The notes under the pieces are model-generated. The model saw only the letters and a program-made list of their open reading frames with translations. It was not told where the DNA came from and made no database searches. A program made the translations under genes and the position numbers. A stretch of DNA of 64,000 bases from Dehalococcoidia bacterium (lineage in GTDB: Bacteria; Chloroflexota; Dehalococcoidia; UBA2979). How positions within the stretch are numbered: the stretch's first letter is position 1; each line of letters starts with the position of its first letter. Where the stretch lies: positions 344,808 to 408,807 of the forward strand of contig CBDHDI010000027.1 of assembly GCA_965261685.1 (NCBI GenBank). Direction: 5' to 3'. This document shows, piece after piece, positions 39,932-48,428 of this stretch.

Positions 39932-41122
39932 CTACCGCGGCGCGCGCGGCTCCAGCCGCACGCCCGCCTCGGAGTCGGGGTCGGCGACCAGCGCCGCCTC
40001 GCCGCCGAGCCAGGCGAGGATCGCGTCGCCGGCCAGCACGCCGCGCCAGCCCTCGAGCAGCGGCAGCGGCGGACGGGCGTCGCGGTCGCCCTCGATCCAC
40101 CAGCGCACGACCGCCTCGATCTCGCTGCGCGGCCCGAGGAAGCGCGAGGCGATCCCGGCCTCCAGCGCGAGCGCGCGGACGAGCCCGTGCAGCGCCGCAG
40201 CCCAGACCTCGCCCGAGGGCGGCAGCGGCGCGCGCGAGGGCTCACGTTCGATCGGGCGCGCCGCGCCGTGCTCGATTGCTTCTATCAAGCGCCTGCCGTG
40301 GCGTCGCACCATGCCCTCGTCGACGCCGCGGACGGCGCGCAGGCCGTCCTCGCTCGACGGCCCGGCACGCGCCAGTTCGAGCATCGATCGGTCGTTGAGC
40401 ACGCGCGAGGGCGGGCGGTTGCCGCGGGCGGCCTCGCGCTCGCGCCAGGCGGCGAGCTCGCGCAGCGCGCCGCGCTCCGGGCCGTCGAGGCGCGCCCAGC
40501 CCTTCACGCGGCGGTAGCTCTCGTCGGGCGCGGGCCGCCGCCAGGCCGTGGCGGCGAGCTGCTCGCACTCCTCGAGCGCCCACGCGAGCCGGTCGCTACC
40601 GGTGAGGCGGGCGTGCAGCTCGCCCCAGACGCGCGCGAGGTAGCGCACGTCGTCGAGGGCGTACGCGAGTTGCTTCTGCGAAAGCGGCCGGCGCAGCCAC
40701 TCCGTGTACTGCGAGCCCTTGTGCAGCCGCACGCCGAGCACGCTCTGCACGAGTGGGGCGTAGCCGATCTGGTCGCCGTAGCCCGCGAAGGCGGCCGCGA
40801 TCTGCGTGTCGCGGACGGCGCGGCCCGCCGTCGCGTAGCTGCCTGCGAGGATCGCGAGGTCCGCCTGCGCGGCGTGCACGATCGTCTCGAGGCCCTCGTC
40901 GGCGACGAGCCCGGCGAAGGGCGTCACATCGACCTCGAGCGGGTCGATGGCGGCGAGTTCGGGGTCGTCGGGGTCGCCCCAGGCGACCTGCACGAGCGCC
41001 AGTTCGGGGATGTAGCGGCCCTCGGGCACGAACTCGAGGTCGAAGGCGAAGCTGCCGGCGTCGCGAATACGCTCGACGATCTCGTCGAGTTCGCGTGCGG
41101 TTGTTGCGAGGACGCCGTCCAT
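39932..41122 (-). CDS. rnd: ribonuclease D (3'-5' exonuclease + HRDC)
   Basis: DEDDy exonuclease motifs (FAFDLEF..., HAAQADL), HRDC-like C-terminus; start at MDGVLATT. Confidence 0.8.
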   Translation of the reverse strand: MDGVLATTARELDEIVERIRDAGSFAFDLEFVPEGRYIPELALVQVAWGDPDDPELAAIDPLEVDVTPFAGLVADEGLETIVHAAQADLAILAGSYATAGRAVRDTQIAAAFAGYGDQIGYAPLVQSVLGVRLHKGSQYTEWLRRPLSQKQLAYALDDVRYLARVWGELHARLTGSDRLAWALEECEQLAATAWRRPAPDESYRRVKGWARLDGPERGALRELAAWREREAARGNRPPSRVLNDRSMLELARAGPSSEDGLRAVRGVDEGMVRRHGRRLIEAIEHGAARPIEREPSRAPLPPSGEVWAAALHGLVRALALEAGIASRFLGPRSEIEAVVRWWIEGDRDARPPLPLLEGWRGVLAGDAILAWLGGEAALVADPDSEAGVRLEPRAPR

Positions 41123-41157
41123 GAGCTGTCCGGACGTTCGCGAGCGGTCGGGTTGGG

Positions 41158-41233
41158 TGGTGGAGGCGAGGGGACTCGAACCCCTGACCTCGGCATTGCG
41201 AACGCCGCGCTCTCCCAACTGAGCTACGCCCCC
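41158..41233 (-). tRNA. tRNA-Ala (anticodon CGC), CCA encoded
   Basis: Acceptor GGGGGCG with G3:U70, anticodon loop UUCGCAA. Confidence 0.85.
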
Positions 41234-41313
41234 ACGAAATCCGAGTATGAGACGCCCACTCGCGAGCGGCAAACGGCGCGCGTCGCGCCGCGAGTGGAGG
41301 CGAACGCCGCCGA

Positions 41314-41820
41314 TCAGCCCTCGATCAGCCCCGGCAGCAGCTCGATCCGCATCCGGCCCGCGGCCGGGTCGACCTCGAGGATCACCTCGGGGATGGCGGG
41401 AATCAGCAGGTCGCGCGCGCCCTCGCGGCGCACGAGGTAGACGTCGTTCGCGCCGGTGCGCAGCACCTCGACGAGCTCGCCGAGGGCGTCCCCGTCCGCG
41501 TCGACGATGGTGAGGCCGACGAGGTCGTGGACGTAGAACTCGCCCTCCGGCAGCGCGGGCAGCTCCTCCTCGGCGATCTCGATCAGCGAGCCGCGCAGCA
41601 CGTCGGCGGCGTTCGCGTCCTGGTAGCCCTCGAAGACGATGCAGGGATAGCCGCGCGGGTAGACGACCTCGAGGATGCGCCGCGGCTCGCCGCGCACGAA
41701 CAGCACGGCGCCCGGCTCGAAGCGCTGCGGGTTCGAGCTGAGCGCCGTGACCTTGACGTGCCCGCGCAGCCCCCAGGTGCTGTTGATGAGCCCGACGGCG
41801 ATGCGGCCCTCGGCGCCCAC
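41314..41820 (-). CDS. rimM: ribosome maturation factor RimM
   Basis: RimM N-terminal beta-barrel motif (RIAVGLINSTWGLRGHVKV) and PRC domain; GTG start chosen (ORF extends to 41943). Confidence 0.7.
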   Translation of the reverse strand: MGAEGRIAVGLINSTWGLRGHVKVTALSSNPQRFEPGAVLFVRGEPRRILEVVYPRGYPCIVFEGYQDANAADVLRGSLIEIAEEELPALPEGEFYVHDLVGLTIVDADGDALGELVEVLRTGANDVYLVRREGARDLLIPAIPEVILEVDPAAGRMRIELLPGLIEG

Positions 41821-41950
41821 GGTGTCGGCAGCGTCGGGCGCGCTATCGCGGCGGCGGGCAGGTTGGGCAGTGCGGGCGCTGGAACGGGAGCCGGCGGGGC
41901 CGCGCCGCGGGCGCGTCCGGGACGGCCGGGACGGCGAAGGCACGGTCGTG

Positions 41951-42178
41951 CTACTCGATGTTGAGCGAGGCGCGCACGCCGGTGCGGATGCTGGCGACGT
42001 GCAGCAGCGAGCGCATCGCGTTCACCACGCGGCCCTCGCGGCCGATGATGCGCCCCTTGTCCTCCTCGGCGCATTCGAGGTGGAAGACGATCTGGTCGCC
42101 GCGCTGCTCCTCCTCGACGACAATCTCGTCGGGCCGGGAGGCGAGTGCGCGCGCGAGGTACTCGATCAGTTCTTTCAT
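41951..42178 (-). CDS. KH-domain RNA-binding protein (UPF0109/YlqC family)
   Basis: GRIIGREGRVVNAMR KH motif; conserved position between rpsP and rimM. Confidence 0.85.
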   Translation of the reverse strand: MKELIEYLARALASRPDEIVVEEEQRGDQIVFHLECAEEDKGRIIGREGRVVNAMRSLLHVASIRTGVRASLNIE

Positions 42179-42191
42179 CGGTGTCGTTTCG

Positions 42192-42512
42192 CTATGCGTC
42201 CTCGGCGGCGGCTGCGGCGGCAGCCTCGCGCTCGGCGCGGCTGGGCTTGGTCAGGCGCTGCGGCGGTGGCTCGTCGATCAGGCCCTCGCGGTGGAGCAGG
42301 CGGTGCACGGTCTCGCTGGGGCGGGCGCCCACGGAGAGCCAGTGGCGGACGCGATCTTCCTTGAAGACCAGCTCCTTCGGCTCCGAGCGCGGGTTGTAGT
42401 GCCCGATGATCTCGACGAAGTCGCCGTCGCGCGGCGCGCGCTGGTCGGCGACGACCACGCGGTAGTGCGGGGCCTTGGAGCGGCCGGTGCGGCGGAGCCG
42501 GATACGGAGCAC
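42192..42512 (-). CDS. rpsP: 30S ribosomal protein S16
   Basis: [23 protein letters not shown]... canonical S16. Confidence 0.95.
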   Translation of the reverse strand: MLRIRLRRTGRSKAPHYRVVVADQRAPRDGDFVEIIGHYNPRSEPKELVFKEDRVRHWLSVGARPSETVHRLLHREGLIDEPPPQRLTKPSRAEREAAAAAAAEDA

Positions 42513-42984
42513 GCGTTTGCCTCTCGCTCTCGCCCGCCATCGCGGGCGCTGTGAGCAGCCTACCGCGCGGGCGCGCTAACGTCAGCCTCGCGGTTGGTGG
42601 GCGATTACCCCCTCGCCCTCTGGGAGAGGGTTGGGGTGAGGGTCCGGCTGCCCCGTCGCCCGCGGTCGACACGTGACGTACGCGATGCCACGCTGGGTCT
42701 CGCTGCCGAGCGACGAGTGGAGTCCGGCCTGTGCCAACCCCGCCCCGAGAGCGACCCCCGGGCGACCCCGGCGACGTCTACTGCGACCGCCTCCAGATCT
42801 GGCTGCCCGACACCAGCTCACCGGAGTTCGCTGCCGAGGCGCATCGCCAGTCGCTGCTGGCGGCACGCAGCCCGCACGCCGAGGACGACCAGGCTTTCGT
42901 CGATTCCATCTCCGACGCGTTCGCCGACTGAGGAGGGGCCCGCGCGCCCTCGGCCCCGGCAGCGCGTCACAGCCTAGCGCTGCG

Positions 42985-43836
42985 TCAGAGTCCTTCGAAC
43001 TCCGCGAAGCTATCCGAGCCGTCGGCCTGGATGGCGTACCGAAATCGGAGTTCATCCTCAGGGTGGCCTCGGCTGTCGTCCTTGATCCCGGTCACGTGCA
43101 AGGCGGCATAGAAGCCTGCGGTGTTGCGGAGGACAGCGACCCCCCCTAACCCGACAGTTCTGGCAGGCGACGTGTAGTCGAGCGTCTCGGCATTGCTCAC
43201 CGACGAGATGGATGTGCATCTAGGCGCGAGTGCGACACCGTGGATCGATGCGGGATCGTTGTACAAGTGTATGGCGGTGTTGCTGCCCTTGCTCCACTTG
43301 GTCTCGAACTCCAGAGTCCCGTTCCCTATGACATATCTGCCGTTGTAGCTGCTGTAGTCGAACACTGCTTCGCCGGTCAAAGAACTCATTCGCGGTGGCG
43401 GTACTTCGTGAGCCTTGCCGGAGAGTCGAGGGACGCCGACCTTCTCGGCAATCATCGCTGCAAGGCCCGCTGGTGTGTGCTCCTCGGCGCGTTCGTAGAG
43501 GACATCACTCGGAAGACCTGGAACGCGTGTGTCGTCAAAGCGCACTGGCAGGATGTACTCCCTTGACTCTTGCACGGCTCGGCTCAGCGCTGCCCTTCTC
43601 TCGTGGATGGGCCACGCGCGCTCGACATAGTCCTTCGAAATGAACATAACGACGTACCCGGATCCCCGAGCGAAGACCTCCTCGAAGACCTCAGAACCGT
43701 GGGCCCCCCACAGTTGGACTCGCTCGAACCCGTCGTAGAAGACGGGTATGCCGCGAGCCTGAAGTGCGCGTGCTACTCCTTCCGCATAGGGACGTTGTGC
43801 GCCAGCAAAAGACAGCGCGACTTGGTACCGCTCCAT
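42985..43836 (-). CDS. TIR-domain protein with about 130-aa C-terminal domain of unknown function
   Basis: Bacterial TIR pattern (YQVALSFAGAQR...GIPVFYD...VVMFISKDYVERAWPIHE with conserved catalytic-position Glu); start at MERYQV. Confidence 0.65.
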   Translation of the reverse strand: MERYQVALSFAGAQRPYAEGVARALQARGIPVFYDGFERVQLWGAHGSEVFEEVFARGSGYVVMFISKDYVERAWPIHERRAALSRAVQESREYILPVRFDDTRVPGLPSDVLYERAEEHTPAGLAAMIAEKVGVPRLSGKAHEVPPPRMSSLTGEAVFDYSSYNGRYVIGNGTLEFETKWSKGSNTAIHLYNDPASIHGVALAPRCTSISSVSNAETLDYTSPARTVGLGGVAVLRNTAGFYAALHVTGIKDDSRGHPEDELRFRYAIQADGSDSFAEFEGL

Positions 43837-43885
43837 GGACCCCACCGTCACATCTGAGAGTCGGACCGGATTGCCACTCGCCGCC

Positions 43886-45220
43886 CTACAGCCCGAGCAG
43901 CCGGCCGAGGCCGCCCGCACCCTTGCCCGAGGTCATCGCCACCATCAGCTTCTTCGCCTCGCGGTACTGGTTGAGCAGGCGGTTCACGTCCGCCGGCTGC
44001 TTGCCGGACCCGGCGGCGATGCGGCGTCGGCGCGAGCCGTCGATGATCTCGGGGCGGCGGCGCTCGCCCGGGGTCATCGAAAGGATGATCGCCTCGTTGT
44101 GCTTCCAGAAGTCCTCGCCGACATCCGGGATGGCGAACTGATCCTTCATCCGGCCCGCGCCCGGCAGCATGTCGAGCAGGCCCGAGATCGGGCCCATCTG
44201 CTGCATCTGCTGCATCTGCGTGAGGAAGTCCTCGAGGTCGAACTGGCCGCGCTGCATGCGCCGCGCGACGTCCTTCATGTCGCGCTCGCCGATCGTCTCC
44301 TTCGCCTTCTCGACCAGCGACACCACGTCGCCCATGCCGAGGATGCGCGAGGCGAAGCGGTCCGGGTGGAAGGCTTCCAACGCCTCGAGGCGCTCGCCGG
44401 TGGTGATGAACTTGATCGGCAGCCCGGTCACCTGGCGCACGGACAGCACGGCCCCGCCGCGCGTGTCGGAGTCGACCTTGGTGACGACGATGCCGGTGCC
44501 CTCGACGGCGTCGTCGAAGTCGCGGGCGAGCGTCACCGCCTCCTGCCCCGTCATCGCATCGACGACGATCAGCACCTCGGTCGGGTCGATCTCGTCGGCG
44601 AGGTCCGCCAGCTCGTCGGCGAACTCGTCGTCGAGGGCGACGGCGCCGCGGGTGTCGACGATGACCGCGGTCGCGCCGGTGCGCTGCGCCTCGGCGAGCG
44701 CGCGCTTGCCGACCTGCGGCGCGGGCGCAGCGGTCTCCTCGGCGTAGACGGGCACGCCGATCTGATCGCCGAGGACGCGCAGCTGCTCGGAGGCGGCGGC
44801 GCGCTGGAAGTCGGTGGCGACGAGCAGGGGGCGCAGGCCGTCCTTCTGCAGGTGCAGCGCGAGCCGCGCCGCGAGGGTGGTCTTGCCCGAGCCCTGCACA
44901 CCGCAGACGAGGATCTTCGTCGGCCCTCGCTGCGCGCGCAGCAGCGGCTCGTTGTTGCCGCCGAGGATCTCGACCAGCTCGTCGTTGACGGCGCCGATCA
45001 CCTGCTGTCCGGGCGTGATCGACTGCAGCAGCGCGCTGCCGGAGGTGCGCTCCCGCACCCGCGCGACGAACTCGCGCACGACCTGGAAGTTCACGTCCGC
45101 CTCGAGCAGCGCGATGCGCACCTCGCGCAGCGCCGTATCGAGGTCGTCCTCGGTAATCCGCCCGCGGCTGCCGAGGCGGCCGAAGGTGGCCTGGAGTCGG
45201 GAGCTCAGGGTTTCCAGCAT
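43886..45220 (-). CDS. ffh: signal recognition particle protein Ffh (SRP54)
   Basis: N, G (GTPase motifs GVQGSGKTT) and Met-rich M domains. Confidence 0.95.
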   Translation of the reverse strand: MLETLSSRLQATFGRLGSRGRITEDDLDTALREVRIALLEADVNFQVVREFVARVRERTSGSALLQSITPGQQVIGAVNDELVEILGGNNEPLLRAQRGPTKILVCGVQGSGKTTLAARLALHLQKDGLRPLLVATDFQRAAASEQLRVLGDQIGVPVYAEETAAPAPQVGKRALAEAQRTGATAVIVDTRGAVALDDEFADELADLADEIDPTEVLIVVDAMTGQEAVTLARDFDDAVEGTGIVVTKVDSDTRGGAVLSVRQVTGLPIKFITTGERLEALEAFHPDRFASRILGMGDVVSLVEKAKETIGERDMKDVARRMQRGQFDLEDFLTQMQQMQQMGPISGLLDMLPGAGRMKDQFAIPDVGEDFWKHNEAIILSMTPGERRRPEIIDGSRRRRIAAGSGKQPADVNRLLNQYREAKKLMVAMTSGKGAGGLGRLLGL

Positions 45221-45283
45221 CGTGGGGAGTTTAGCAGCGCAGCCAGATGCGAGGTGTTATGGTGAACGTCAAGGGGACTGGAT

Positions 45284-46156
45284 ATGGTTAACGAATCAAG
45301 CGATAGTACAAATCCGTCGCGAGGCAGGGTGCCAAAGCGCCTTATATTCATCAGTCACGCGCACGCCGACCGGAAACTTGCGCAGGCGCTGCAGCGCCTC
45401 GTGCGTGCCGTCTTCGCGGGCGTCGTTGAGCCGTACGCTTCGTCGGATCCGACGCCAGGTGGCGGAATCCAGCCGGGGGAGGAGTGGGATCCGGCGATCC
45501 ACGAGCACTTGGACCGCGCTGAGGCAGTTTGGGTATTGGCCACGCCGACATCGATCACTCATCCGTGGCTCTACTGGGAGGCGGGAATAGGCCGAGCCAG
45601 AAGCCCGCACGGCGTGACCGTCCTCCGGGTGGGACTCGCTCAGGAGGAAATCCCCAGCCCGCTAAGCGCGTTCCAAGGCTTTGATGGCTTGGCCGAGGGC
45701 GACGGCGGCATGGGAGAACTGCTCAAGAAGGTCGCGGGTCAGATTGACATGGCACCTACTGCGGCACTTTTGGCCGAAGAGGTGAAGACCTGGGTCGCCG
45801 CAGCCGAAGCACACCAACCTGATGAACCAGCCTCCGAGGCGGGCTTGTCACTCACACCCGAGCACGTCAACAAGATTGAAGCTTTGATGTCCCGTATGGA
45901 ACAGTCATCCCGGGCGGTGGAGGAGTTGGTACGCATCGAAGTACACCGCCGAATCGCCCGCGAGGTTGACATGCGGATGCGTCCGCCTGTAGCGGCACCT
46001 CCCCCTCTCGAACAGCCCGTCCCCGTCGCGTCGCCTAGCCGCTTCGCGCCATCTCCCGCAGCGGTGCCGCCGGCCCCGGCCGTGCCGCGTGGTCGGCTTG
46101 GCTTGGGATTCGGCGGCGAAGATCAGTCATTGGACACTGATGATCTTCCCTTCTGA
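45284..46156 (+). CDS. TIR-like (DUF1863/TIR_2-like) domain protein with low-complexity C-terminal half
   Basis: RLIFISHAHADRKLAQAL...AVWVLATPTSITHPWLYWEAGIG pattern. Confidence 0.45.
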   Translation: MVNESSDSTNPSRGRVPKRLIFISHAHADRKLAQALQRLVRAVFAGVVEPYASSDPTPGGGIQPGEEWDPAIHEHLDRAEAVWVLATPTSITHPWLYWEAGIGRARSPHGVTVLRVGLAQEEIPSPLSAFQGFDGLAEGDGGMGELLKKVAGQIDMAPTAALLAEEVKTWVAAAEAHQPDEPASEAGLSLTPEHVNKIEALMSRMEQSSRAVEELVRIEVHRRIAREVDMRMRPPVAAPPPLEQPVPVASPSRFAPSPAAVPPAPAVPRGRLGLGFGGEDQSLDTDDLPF

Positions 46157-46170
46157 CTTGGGAGATTGAT

Positions 46171-46668
46171 ATGCCAAAGGAGAACATACGGCGCGTGGTC
46201 CGGAACGGTGATAGGGGTGGGTGGGACGTGATAAAGCCGATCGCGCATCGCGCCAGCTCGTATCACAGGACGCAATCAAAGGCCGAGGCGCGAGCGAAAC
46301 AGATCGTGTCCAACCTCGGCGGTGGCAGAGTCTTGGTAGAGGACCATGATGGCGCCCTTCATCGGGCCGTTGGCGCTCATATGACACGACTGAACTATAC
46401 TGCGCCTGCAAGAGCGGCATCCGGGAGCGAGCGCCCGTGGAGGTCCACTTCCGCACGCGCCGCCTCGAGCGCTGCTTCGAGCGCCTCGACCTCGCCATAC
46501 GCGAGTGGGGACCCGAGGTCGGTGACCGCTACGTCGAGCGAGTCAGAGCGATCCAGCGGGCGCGTGGACTCGAGTACCTCTACGGATTCCGGGCTCTCGG
46601 GCTCCATCCACTCAGAGGCGATCGGCGAGGGCAGTATGCGCTGCGGCTCACCGGCCGGATGCGGTTGA
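46171..46668 (+). CDS. DUF2188-like small protein; only the first 70 codons look genuine, 3' end uncertain because the ORF runs on and overlaps higB
   Basis: N-terminus matches the DUF2188 pattern (VVRNGDRGGWDVIKP...RTQSKAEARAKQIVSNLGGGRVLVEDHDG); the tail is low complexity. Confidence 0.4.
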   Translation: MPKENIRRVVRNGDRGGWDVIKPIAHRASSYHRTQSKAEARAKQIVSNLGGGRVLVEDHDGALHRAVGAHMTRLNYTAPARAASGSERPWRSTSARAASSAASSASTSPYASGDPRSVTATSSESERSSGRVDSSTSTDSGLSGSIHSEAIGEGSMRCGSPAGCG

Positions 46669-46733
46669 TCATCGAACAGGGAGACGATCCAGACACTGTG
46701 ATCGTCGTCGAGGTGGTGGACTATCATGGCTAG
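46437..46733 (+). CDS. higB: HigB-family toxin (RelE/ParE superfamily)
   Basis: HigB pattern (…GDRRGQYALRLTGRMRLII…VVEVVDYH); 8-bp overlap with downstream antitoxin. Confidence 0.75.
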   Translation: MEVHFRTRRLERCFERLDLAIREWGPEVGDRYVERVRAIQRARGLEYLYGFRALGLHPLRGDRRGQYALRLTGRMRLIIEQGDDPDTVIVVEVVDYHG

Positions 46734-47031
46734 CATGACAAGCATGGCGAAGCGCGTGGCAGTCTCGGACGCGGTGATCCATCCAGGCACGCTCCTCGCC
46801 GAGGAGATCGAGGCGCGCGGGATGTCGCAGCGCGAACTCGCGCTCGCCATGGGCCGGCCGCCGCAACTGATCAGCGAGATCGTCCGCGGCCGCCGAGGCA
46901 TCTCCGCGGAGACGGCCCTTCAACTCGAAGCCGCGCTCGGCACGGCCGCTCACATCTGGGTCGGCCTCGACGCCGATTACCGCCTCGCCCTTGCTCAGCG
47001 GCAGTCGCGTAGCGGCGTCTCGGTTGGGTAG
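46726..47031 (+). CDS. higA: HigA antitoxin (XRE-family HTH)
   Basis: HTH (RGMSQRELALAMGRPPQLISEIVRGRRGISAETALQLEAAL). Confidence 0.8.
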   Translation: MASMTSMAKRVAVSDAVIHPGTLLAEEIEARGMSQRELALAMGRPPQLISEIVRGRRGISAETALQLEAALGTAAHIWVGLDADYRLALAQRQSRSGVSVG

Positions 47032-47032
47032 C

Positions 47033-47302
47033 GTGGCACGGCAAAAGATCGTCCCCGACATCGCGATCCCGCCCGGCGAGCTGCTCGCCGAGGAGATCGA
47101 GGTGCGCGGGATGACACAGCGCGAATTGGCGACCCTCATGGGCCGCCCGCCGCAGGTGGTCAACCTGATCATCAACGGTAAGAAGGCAATTACACCGCAA
47201 ACCGCGATCCAGTTGGAGCGCGCACTGGGAATAGCCGCAACAATCTGGGTCGGGCTCGAGGCGCAGTACCGGCTCGCCCTCGCGCGGCGCGAGGTGGCGT
47301 AG
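47033..47302 (+). CDS. second HigA-like antitoxin (tandem paralogue)
   Basis: Same HTH pattern (RGMTQRELATLMGRPPQVVNLIINGKKAITPQTAIQLERAL); GTG start 2 nt after the higA stop. Confidence 0.7.
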   Translation: MARQKIVPDIAIPPGELLAEEIEVRGMTQRELATLMGRPPQVVNLIINGKKAITPQTAIQLERALGIAATIWVGLEAQYRLALARREVA

Positions 47303-47306
47303 CCCG

Positions 47307-48335
47307 CTACTCCAGACCGCGCTCCGCGATCAGCGCGCAGAGGTCCGCGAGGCGGCACGAGTAGCCGTACTCGTTGTCGTACCAGGCCATCGTCTTCGCC
47401 ATCCGGCCACCGTCCACCACCATCGTCGACGGCACGTCGAAGATCGAGGATCCGGGGTGGCTCTTGAAGTCCGTCGAGACCAGCTCCTCGCGCTCGGCGT
47501 AGAGGATGCCCTTCATCGGGCCGTCCGCCGCCGCCTGGAAGGCCTCGTTGATCTCCTCGACCGAGGCGGGGCGCTTCAGATCCGTTGCCAGGTCCACCAC
47601 CGAGACGGTCGGCGTCGGCACGCGGTAGGCGATGCCGGTCAGCTTGCCCTTCAGCTCCGGGACGATCTGCGCCACCGCGCCGGCCGCGCCCGTCGAGGTC
47701 GGCACGATGTTGAGGCCGGCCGCCCGCGCGCGCCGCAGGTCGCTGTGCTTCGAGTCGACGAGGTTCTGGTCGCGCGTGTAGGCGTGGATCGTGGTCATCA
47801 TCCCGCGCTCGATGCCGAACGCGTCGTGCAGCACCTTGACCACGGGCACGACGCAGTTGGTGGTGCAGGAGCCGGCGCTGATCACGTGGTGGCGGGCGGG
47901 GTCGTACTCGTCCTGGTTGACGCCGAGGATGACCATCCAGTCCTCGTTCTTGCCCGGCGCCGAGATGATCACCTTGCGCACCGAGTCGCGCAGGTGCTGG
48001 CCCGCGGTCTCGCGGTCGCGGAACGCGCCGGTCGATTCGACGACGACGTCGGCGCCCACGCTGCCCCAGTCGATCCGCGACGGGTCGTCCTCCTCGAAGA
48101 CACGCACCTCGTGGCCCTCGACGAGGAAGCGGCCCTCGCCGTTCGTGACCTCGGCGGGGAAGCGGCCGTAGTCGGAGTCGTAGCGCAGCAGGTGTGTGTG
48201 CATCGCGACCGGGCTGCGGCCGTTGATGGCGACCACATCGAAGTTGTCGCGATGGCGTTCCCACCAGGCGCGCAGGAACTGGCGTCCGGTGCGGCCGAAG
48301 CCGTTGATGCCGACACGGAGCTTCGAGGTGGTCAT
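47307..48335 (-). CDS. gap: glyceraldehyde-3-phosphate dehydrogenase, type I
   Basis: NGFGRTGR NAD motif, active site SCTTNC. Confidence 0.95.
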   Translation of the reverse strand: MTTSKLRVGINGFGRTGRQFLRAWWERHRDNFDVVAINGRSPVAMHTHLLRYDSDYGRFPAEVTNGEGRFLVEGHEVRVFEEDDPSRIDWGSVGADVVVESTGAFRDRETAGQHLRDSVRKVIISAPGKNEDWMVILGVNQDEYDPARHHVISAGSCTTNCVVPVVKVLHDAFGIERGMMTTIHAYTRDQNLVDSKHSDLRRARAAGLNIVPTSTGAAGAVAQIVPELKGKLTGIAYRVPTPTVSVVDLATDLKRPASVEEINEAFQAAADGPMKGILYAEREELVSTDFKSHPGSSIFDVPSTMVVDGGRMAKTMAWYDNEYGYSCRLADLCALIAERGLE

Positions 48336-48428
48336 GCGGTCATCCTCTCGCGGCCCGGGGAGAGGGAAGCGACGGCCTGCCCCGATTCTACCGCCTTGGC
48401 CTCTGTCCGCGAGGGGGAGGGCGGCCAG

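Noticed and set aside
42582-43055. 157-aa minus-strand ORF in the rpsP-TIR spacer
   Set aside because: Arg-rich low-complexity translation overlapping the TIR gene 3' end; GC artefact.
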